The translations under genes and the position numbers were made by a program. A DNA stretch of 50,083 bases, from assembly GCA_947441055.1 (NCBI GenBank), contig CANETC010000001.1, positions 1-50,083 on the forward strand. Direction: 5' to 3'. The stretch is from Cytophagaceae bacterium (GTDB lineage: Bacteria; Bacteroidota; Bacteroidia; Cytophagales; Flexibacteraceae). Shown here piece after piece: positions 41,890 to 50,083 of the stretch. Each line of letters begins with the position of its first letter. Position 1 is the first letter of the stretch. The notes below the pieces were generated by a model. That model was not told the DNA's origin. It did no database searches and saw only the letters and a list, made by a program, of their open reading frames with translations.

Positions 41890-42533
41890 TTAAGCGTTGA
41901 AATTCTTATTTCTTTTATGTGTTGATAAATGCTTTTTTTCTGTCTATTGAATTGTCTTGGTTTCTGGTTTTTGTCTGCAAGTTCTACAATTTCAGTTATT
42001 CTTTTTTCTCTGGTTTCCTTTCTTTTAGCAAGAAAAAGCCATTGTAAAATATTCCTTTTATCTGATCTGCTTAAACTTAAAAAATATTTTTTGGCATTGT
42101 TTCTTTTTTGAAATTCCTTGTCTAGATCCTCAGGAATAATTAATGCTTCGGCTTCATCTAAAATTGTCCATGAACCATTTCTCTTTGCTATTTCAATTGT
42201 TTCATAACCGGTTTTTGTCATGAGACCTTCTTTTGTCAGCCGTTCAATTTTTTCTTTATTCACTTTTGACCAGACACTTTTTTCTTTTCGTTTGCTAAAG
42301 AATTGTATAAATTTTTCATTGTCTAAAGGTTTTGCTTTGCTGTCTATCCAACCAAAACAAAGTGCTTCGTCTACCGCTTCGGGATAGTAAATTCTTGGGG
42401 TTTCACCTCCTTGTCTATAAATGATAAGCCAAATGGATTTTTCTGATTAGTGATTTTCTTCCAACCATTTACGCCATTCGATCCGTGTCTTAGCGTGAAA
42501 AGTTTTGATATTGTTATAGGTCTCCAAAACCAT
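41886..42533 (-). pseudogene. YdeI/OmpD-associated family gene interrupted by an in-frame TAA (codon 29, 42447-42449)
   Basis: Own translation from ATG 42533 gives MVLETYNNIKTFHAKTRIEWRKWLEENH*SEKSIWLIIYRQGGETPRIYYPEAVDEALCFGWIDSKAKPLDNEKFIQFFSKRKEKSVWSKVNKEKIERL..., continuous with track ORF 41886..42263 in the same frame. Its stop overlaps the alkB start (ATGA). Confidence 0.7.
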
Positions 42534-42637
42534 TTAAATTTCTTTTTGATGATAATTAACAGTTTGCGGCTTTCCGAACTGCTTGATTTATCGACATCAA
42601 GCTTGTCTGGAATGGCCGAAGCTCAATAAAACAAAAA

Positions 42638-42672
42638 AGCGTCAAACGAAGTTCTGAACCCCGTTTGACGCT
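42638..42672 (-). terminator. rho-independent terminator of katG
   Basis: Perfect 11-bp stem AGCGTCAAACG / CGTTTGACGCT with a 13-nt loop. On the minus strand it is followed by TTTTTTGTTTT. It begins 20 nt after the katG stop. Confidence 0.7.
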
Positions 42673-42691
42673 AAACCGCTTTTAGATGGTT

Positions 42692-45058
<2,367 letters not shown>

Positions 45059-45075
45059 TTTTATTGATAAAACAG

Positions 45076-46014
45076 ATGAACATCCAACAGTTTCATTACA
45101 TACTTGCTGTGGCAGAACTCAAACATTTTGAATCAGCTGCGGCAAAATGTTGTGTAAGTCAATCTACCTTAAGTACCATGATTTCAAAGTTCGAGGATGA
45201 AATAGAAATTAAGATTTTTGATAGAAGTAAAAAACCTGTGGCACTTACCATCGAAGGATCAATAATTCTAGAGCAATTGAAAATTATTTCAAATGACATA
45301 GATCAGTTGCTGGAAATCACAAAGGAAATTAAAGGAGAAGTTTCTGGTAAATTAAACCTGTCGGTTATAACCACGATTGCACCTTTTTTATTGCCTCTGT
45401 TTCTTCAGGATTTCGCTTTACAATTTCCTGAGTTGAACATTGTTGTAAAAGAGGAAACAACCGAAGAAATTTTGAAGAAAATTAAGTCAAGGGAAATAGA
45501 TATTGGAATTGTTTCTATTCCATTGATAGACAAAGAAATATTCGAAATAAAACTTTATGATGAGCCATTTGTGTATTATGACGCTCTGAATATTTCAAAA
45601 GGCAATGTTTCGATAAAAAGCAATATTTCAGAACGCATTTGTCTCATGGATGAAGGGCACTGTATGCGAACGCAGATGCTTGAGTTGTGCAATCTCTCTA
45701 AGAAAAAGTTGAAGTCTGTTTTGAATATTGAATACAAAGCGGGCTCTATTGATGGCCTTACTCGATTTGTCAAATCAAATAAATTAACTACCCTGCTGCC
45801 TTATTTGTCTGTTTTAAATTTTACCAAGGATGAAAGTAAGTATGTGAGCGTATTTGAATCACCTACACCATACCGAACAGTTGGGTTAATTGTTAATCGT
45901 CATTTTGTTAAAAGGAGGATATTAGACAAATTAAAGTTTAAGATTATCGAGAAAGTTTCAGAACATCTGCCCAGTATTAACTCAGAAGGGCAGTTGTTAA
46001 GTCCAAAAGAATAA
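45076..46014 (+). CDS. oxyR: LysR-family peroxide-sensing regulator OxyR
   Basis: HTH segment IQQFHYILAVAELKHFESAAAKCCVSQSTLSTMISKFE. DEGHCMRTQMLELC has two Cys nine residues apart, as in the OxyR C199/C208 pair. It is divergent from katG. ATG 45076 is preferred over the track's TTG at 45064. Confidence 0.8.
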   Translation: MNIQQFHYILAVAELKHFESAAAKCCVSQSTLSTMISKFEDEIEIKIFDRSKKPVALTIEGSIILEQLKIISNDIDQLLEITKEIKGEVSGKLNLSVITTIAPFLLPLFLQDFALQFPELNIVVKEETTEEILKKIKSREIDIGIVSIPLIDKEIFEIKLYDEPFVYYDALNISKGNVSIKSNISERICLMDEGHCMRTQMLELCNLSKKKLKSVLNIEYKAGSIDGLTRFVKSNKLTTLLPYLSVLNFTKDESKYVSVFESPTPYRTVGLIVNRHFVKRRILDKLKFKIIEKVSEHLPSINSEGQLLSPKE

Positions 46015-46020
46015 TTGATT

Positions 46021-46146
46021 GTAACGATTTTCGGCTAAAGTTGGGGAGCCTACAACACTGCCAATATTGAATCTAAAATAACGAGGTACAGAGCTTCAAT
46101 TTGCCACTTTAACGATAATTTCTTGTAGGTGCTGTTATGTGCTGCT
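46021..46146. repeat. MITE-like palindromic intergenic element, copy 1
   Basis: Left end GTAACGATTTTCGGCTAAAGTTGGGG. Right end TGTAGGTGCTGTTATGTGCTGC, almost identical to the right end of copy 5. Confidence 0.6.
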
Positions 46147-46190
46147 GTTTCAGTCAAAAGCCCGTTTTCAGGTCCTTATTTGATCGTCAG

Positions 46191-47249
46191 TTATTCTTTA
46201 ATTACAATCCCGTTTGGTTTTGAACCTACCGTAATGGTTTGAGAAACGGTGTGCGTAGACACATCAATCACTGAAACACTTCCTGAGCCTTGATTGGTAA
46301 CGAATGCTTTTGTTCCTTCATTGTTAAATGTTATTGCGTGGGCATCAGCACCAGTTACAATGGTGCCTTGCATGATCCAAACTCCGCCAACTAAAGTATA
46401 GTAAACAACTTTGCCGTTGCTTGCATCAGAGACCCATAATTCACCTTTTGAGGTATGGAAAGCAACATAACCAGGCTTGAATCCTAAATTTATGGTGCTT
46501 GTCACACTCATATCCGACACTGAAATTTCAGAAATTGTTTTGCTTTTTTCATTATCTACATACATTTTACCATTGCTGGCGCTCCAAGCACCAACAGGAT
46601 TTGCACCGACTGTAAGTGTGGTCTGTATCATTTTTGTATTCGCATCAATGAGCGTGACTGTCCCATCGATTGTATTGCAAGCAAATGCCATTGAACCATT
46701 GTTTGAAAAGGTTATTTCTGAAAGTCCTTTACCTATACCAATTGTGTTTTGAAGCGACCAGTCGGATGTTTTATAAACCAATACCTGGCTTTGAATCGTA
46801 TCCATTTGTCCAATCCAAAGTTCAGTACCAGCACTATTAAAAATGGCGTTGTGCGGTAATTTTGGAAGAAGAATTTCTTTGTCAATCATCCCTGTTAGTG
46901 CATCAATAATTTGAACTTTCAAACCTACAGTTGAACCACCGTGGTCACCGTGTCCGGCACTTAGGTCCTTAGAAGTAATGGCAACTGCTAACTTGGTTTT
47001 AGCTGGGTTGATGTAAATGTGATGTGGAAAAGTCGCACCGTTCAAACTTATAGTCTCTGTGACGGTATTGTCTGAAAGTTTGATTACTGATAAATTGTTT
47101 GATCCACCATTTACAACAAAAGCTGCCGGGTAATTAATGTTGAGCAAGGTATTTCCACCGTGGTCCATATCATGTTTCATGCAAGATGAAATTGTGAATA
47201 CAAAAATTGTTGCAGCAATGATTGCTAATATTGAAGTTGATATTTTCAT
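46191..47249 (-). CDS. YVTN/YncE-like beta-propeller repeat lipoprotein
   Basis: Lipobox FTISSC. About 40-residue repeats recur, for example NNLSVIKLSDNTVTETISLN, GTVTLIDANTKMIQTTLTVG, GSVSVIDVSTHTVSQTITVG. Confidence 0.7.
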   Translation of the reverse strand: MKISTSILAIIAATIFVFTISSCMKHDMDHGGNTLLNINYPAAFVVNGGSNNLSVIKLSDNTVTETISLNGATFPHHIYINPAKTKLAVAITSKDLSAGHGDHGGSTVGLKVQIIDALTGMIDKEILLPKLPHNAIFNSAGTELWIGQMDTIQSQVLVYKTSDWSLQNTIGIGKGLSEITFSNNGSMAFACNTIDGTVTLIDANTKMIQTTLTVGANPVGAWSASNGKMYVDNEKSKTISEISVSDMSVTSTINLGFKPGYVAFHTSKGELWVSDASNGKVVYYTLVGGVWIMQGTIVTGADAHAITFNNEGTKAFVTNQGSGSVSVIDVSTHTVSQTITVGSKPNGIVIKE

Positions 47250-47345
47250 TGAGTTTTTCGTTAAAATTGCTATTTAAATTAAAATAACATTTTTTTTATC
47301 TTTTGTTATTCTTTAGGCTATGATTAATTTGCATCCACCATGCTT

Positions 47346-47485
47346 GCAGCTAACGGTTCGCGGCTTTGCGTAGTTCTGGAATTCTAGCACAAAATTGCAA
47401 TAGATTATAGCAATTGAACCTACCATTAAACTGTTTTAAGAAGTACTGAACTGTTTTATTTGCCAAACCCGTGATATTAGTTAGG
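47346..47485. repeat. MITE-like palindromic intergenic element, copy 2 (diverged)
   Basis: Left end GCAGCTAACGGTTCGCGGCTTTGCG. Right end TTGCCAAACCCGTGATATTAGTTAGG. Confidence 0.45.
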
Positions 47486-47497
47486 CTTACTTCTCTG

Positions 47498-47824
47498 TCA
47501 GACGAGTTTGACAAAGTTGTCTTCTAGTTTGACATTAAAGTTTATCTCTGCTTTCAATGCTTTAAACACTTTTAAAATGGTGTCAATTGTCGCGCTGTTG
47601 GCACTGCTTTCAAGTTTTGAAATTTGAGCTTTCTGAACGCCAACAAGTCGCCCAAGTTCTTCTTGTGTCAAGTTTCTTTCCTGTCTGGCTGTCTTAATCA
47701 TTTTGCCCAAAACATCCATACGAAGTTCGTACTCGTATTCGTCTCGTTCAATCGTTCCGGTTTTACCGATATACTTGTCTTTCATCTCGGCAAGTGAGTA
47801 AGTCTTTAATTCTTTAGTTGCCAT
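47498..47824 (-). CDS. XRE-family HTH antitoxin (HigA-like)
   Basis: RQERNLTQEELGRLVGVQKAQISKLESS is an HTH_3 pattern. It starts 4 nt downstream of the toxin gene, the toxin-first order typical of HigBA. Confidence 0.75.
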   Translation of the reverse strand: MATKELKTYSLAEMKDKYIGKTGTIERDEYEYELRMDVLGKMIKTARQERNLTQEELGRLVGVQKAQISKLESSANSATIDTILKVFKALKAEINFNVKLEDNFVKLV

Positions 47825-47828
47825 AGGA

Positions 47829-48170
47829 TTACTTGTTTTGGTTGTTGTTAAAATATTTGTCTCTTAGTTTTATTACCCGGTCAATTTCGTTTGAAGGAAC
47901 TTTGTCGATTTTCTTTATAAATCCGTGGGTAGCTATTACCAATGTTTCTTTGTTGTCTGACTTGTCCCAAAATGCAAGAAGTCTGATTTGAAGTCCTGCG
48001 AACTTTGTGCGAAACTCCCAAATGTCATTTTGTAATTTCTTGAAAAGTTTTGGGTCATTGGTCTGCTCTGCAAGGTCAATGTTGTAGAAGATTTTCTTAA
48101 TTGTTTTAGAGTCAAGTTTTGAAATGAATTCGTCCACTTCTTCTAAAAATTTTGTCTCAAAAAATCTCAT
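47829..48170 (-). CDS. RelE/ParE-superfamily toxin (Gp49/HigB-like)
   Basis: 113 aa. DIWEFRTKFAGLQIRLLAFWDK and ATHGFIKKIDKVP are typical of Gp49-like killer proteins. Confidence 0.75.
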   Translation of the reverse strand: MRFFETKFLEEVDEFISKLDSKTIKKIFYNIDLAEQTNDPKLFKKLQNDIWEFRTKFAGLQIRLLAFWDKSDNKETLVIATHGFIKKIDKVPSNEIDRVIKLRDKYFNNNQNK

Positions 48171-48267
48171 TCAATACGCTCTTATTCCTCTGCCCAAAGA
48201 TAGCGAAGGTTTCTAAAAATAGAAACAATATTTTTTCCTTGTCTTTAAAAGTGTAGGTCTTTTAAGC

Positions 48268-48300
48268 TGATACATAACGGTTTCGGGCTTGGGAAGTAAG
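48268..48300. repeat. partial MITE-like element (left end only), copy 3
   Basis: GCTGATACATAACGGTTTCGGGCTTGGGAAGTAAGC matches the left ends of copies 2, 4 and 5. No clear right end was found. Confidence 0.35.
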
Positions 48301-48410
48301 CATTTTTTGCATCCAAATTTGATCCCCTGCCCGTCTGCGACCAGCAGGCAGGTACGCACCGAATCCGCCTTTAAGCCAATCCTCTATGTTTGCGGTTCGT
48401 TTTTTTTCGC

Positions 48411-48590
48411 TCAGCTCTTTTTAATTGAAAAATCGAATATTGCTCCAAGGGTAACACCAATAGCAAGTCCAAGAGCGATGCTTTGTGAAAAATTTCCATG
48501 TGAATTACCGTAAGCCGCTCCAAAAGCAACTCCTAATGCAGCACCGATTCCAATTCCATTTCCAACATTTCGTTTTTTATTATCGGTCAT
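48411..48590 (-). CDS. small (59 aa) glycine-zipper membrane protein, not in the ORF track
   Basis: Own translation gives MTDNKKRNVGNGIGIGAALGVAFGAAYGNSHGNFSQSIALGLAIGVTLGAIFDFSIKKS, with GxxxG/A repeats in two hydrophobic stretches. The track ORF 48289..48513 on the opposite strand is judged spurious. Confidence 0.5.
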   Translation of the reverse strand: MTDNKKRNVGNGIGIGAALGVAFGAAYGNSHGNFSQSIALGLAIGVTLGAIFDFSIKKS

Positions 48591-48650
48591 AAGCTCTGAA
48601 TTTTTCGTTCTTTTTTCTGAATCTGGGTAGTGAGGATTTATTTAAGAACG

Positions 48651-48790
48651 ATTGCTAACGTTTTTGGGCTTGCCGAAGTTGGGGTTTAGAAGTACAAATG
48701 TTCATTTTAGTACAAATGCTCAATAGAAGCATTATGCTCAAATTTAGTACAAATGCCCCAATTTTGGCAAACCCATGTTATGGGCTGGTT
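48651..48790. repeat. MITE-like palindromic intergenic element, copy 4
   Basis: GCTAACGTTTTTGGGCTTGCCGAAGTTGGGG ... CCCCAATTTTGGCAAACCCATGTTATGGGCTGG. The arms are mutually complementary. Internal direct repeats of TTTAGTACAAATGC are present. Confidence 0.7.
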
Positions 48791-48813
48791 TTCTATTTTT
48801 AATCGTTCAGTCA

Positions 48814-49848
48814 TTACGGTATTACAATTAATTTTGTCAAAGTTGCATGCTTGGTATAAAATTTAACAAAATAAAGACCACTTGTTTTACCATTGCTAAA
48901 TTCAACTTCAGATTTTTGATTTGTAATAGCTGACTGATAAATTTTTTGTCCAAGTGCATTATAAATTTCTAGTATTCCTTTTTCGGTAAAATTATTTAAC
49001 AGTAAAGTAAATTTTCCATTGTTAGGATTAGGATAAATTTCAAATTGGTTTTGGAAATTAATTTCATTCACTGATAGCACTTGTGAACACAAATTGTTAA
49101 AAATTGGAGTGAAATAGCTTTCAATGTCGGCTGTATAGTGTTCATTATTGGGTATTCCATTAGCAGTGATGCAATTCGGATTTTGATCGCAACGAACTAC
49201 TTGGTAGTTTAAACTATTAAAAGCACTTATTGGTATAGGAAACATATAAGGAATCCAAGGGTCACCAGGACTGCCCCACAAATAATAAGTTGAGTCATTA
49301 CATATAAAAATTCCACGATGATTTGAAAACATAGAGCTTTCTATCCATCGTTCCCAGGTATTTCCTCCGTCATTCGTTCTTAGAACATCAGAAGTATAAT
49401 ATCCGTCAAACAAAAAGGCTCTCTGATTGTCCACAATTTGAACTTGATTTAAACTTTGATGTTGGCTTTGACTATAATATGATGTATCAATTGTCCAATT
49501 TATTCCTGCATTATTTGTTTTATATAAAATAGTGCTTCCCCCATCATAGCGCCACCCTAATAAAACATACCAGTTTTGAGCATCCCAAAAATCAAAATCT
49601 CTAATCCAAGCTCTTTCAGTAGATCCTAGAACTCCTAACATATTATTAAATTCAGCAATAAGGTTTAATGAAGTTCCTTGTTTTTTGTAAAGTTTATGTT
49701 TACCTGCTATTACAGTGTCAATTGAGTTTATTACATAGGTTGTGCTATCTCGAACTCCATACACTCGTTGTGCATTGATTTCAGTATTAGAAAAACAAAA
49801 TACAAACAAACAACAAAAAACGATATTTAATAAATTAGTTTTCAACAT
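48814..49848 (-). CDS. secreted beta-propeller (BNR/sialidase-like) protein with T9SS C-terminal sorting domain
   Basis: Signal peptide, NNAGINW and NDGGNTW repeats, and a C-terminal tail FEIYPNPNNGKFTLLL...GLYFVKFYT...KLIVIP. Confidence 0.75.
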   Translation of the reverse strand: MLKTNLLNIVFCCLFVFCFSNTEINAQRVYGVRDSTTYVINSIDTVIAGKHKLYKKQGTSLNLIAEFNNMLGVLGSTERAWIRDFDFWDAQNWYVLLGWRYDGGSTILYKTNNAGINWTIDTSYYSQSQHQSLNQVQIVDNQRAFLFDGYYTSDVLRTNDGGNTWERWIESSMFSNHRGIFICNDSTYYLWGSPGDPWIPYMFPIPISAFNSLNYQVVRCDQNPNCITANGIPNNEHYTADIESYFTPIFNNLCSQVLSVNEINFQNQFEIYPNPNNGKFTLLLNNFTEKGILEIYNALGQKIYQSAITNQKSEVEFSNGKTSGLYFVKFYTKHATLTKLIVIP

Positions 49849-49925
49849 AAAATTATTTAATTTAATTATTTTCTAAAAGTGTTAAATTTTTTGTCATCCT
49901 ATTTCAGTTTGACTTGTTTTAAACT

Positions 49926-50063
49926 AGCCCATAACGTTTTGCAGCTACCCGAAGGTGGCGATTTAGAAGCACTTCACTGTCAACCAAGCACGAATTTTGA
50001 TAGAAGCACAAAGCTTGATTTAACCACTGAATCGCCACTTTTGGGTAGGTGCTGTTATGGGCT
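49926..50063. repeat. MITE-like palindromic intergenic element, copy 5
   Basis: AGCCCATAACG...TACCCGAAGGTGGCGAT ... ATCGCCACTTTTGGGTAGGTGCTGTTATGGGCT. The terminal and subterminal arms are complementary. The interior shares TTTAGAAG.AC and ATAGAAGCA with copy 4. Confidence 0.7.
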
Positions 50064-50083
50064 GGTTTCATTTCTTAATTACT

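Noticed and set aside
48289-48513. 74-aa plus-strand track ORF
   Set aside because: It is TTG-initiated, runs through a MITE-like element and a GC hairpin, and lies antisense to a more protein-like 59-aa glycine-zipper ORF.

Overview
The window looks like a Bacteroidota chromosome segment, judged from T9SS C-terminal sorting domains, TAnnTTTG-type -7 boxes and lipoprotein-rich ORFs. No rRNA, tRNA, CRISPR array, integrase or transposase was recognised.

Layout:
- 1-1.1 kb: core genes rsfS (edge-truncated) and birA.
- About 1.1-31.2 kb: an accessory, defence-type island. It carries a PIN toxin-antitoxin pair, TspO, a DUF4143 AAA ATPase, an AlbA_2/wHTH protein and an HTH regulator with an operator-like repeat array.
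- Within the island, a type I R-M operon runs hsdM-hsdS-GxxExxY-[RecQ::ComF-PRTase]-[DprA-like]-hsdR, all on the minus strand.
- Directly upstream on the same strand is the most interesting locus. A retron-type reverse transcriptase is fused to an unrecognised ~375-aa C-terminal region. It is translationally coupled to a 227-aa ORF and a 628-aa ORF (CheY-like receiver plus a C-terminal Rx5H HEPN-like motif). An SF1 helicase and a TPR/OB-like protein follow.
- The ~380-nt leader upstream of the RT is highly structured and is closed by a 21/22-nt long-range inverted repeat that resembles retron a1/a2. A WYL regulator is transcribed divergently from it.
- The island ends with a DUF2130 gene broken by an in-frame TAG and a 1-kb ORF-free repeat region.
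- 31.2-36.9 kb: housekeeping genes efp, a gamma-CA-family gene, manC-like, recR, recN and a DUF3109 gene.
- 37-50 kb: a lower-GC accessory block. It holds a PhoD phosphatase with a T9SS tail, a CrtA-like gene, alkB, a ydeI-family gene with an in-frame TAA, katG/oxyR, a YVTN beta-propeller, a RelE/HTH toxin-antitoxin pair and a T9SS protein.
- This last block is punctuated by five ~135-nt palindromic MITE-like elements.

Coordinates of non-coding features were hand-derived and may be off by 1-2 nt.
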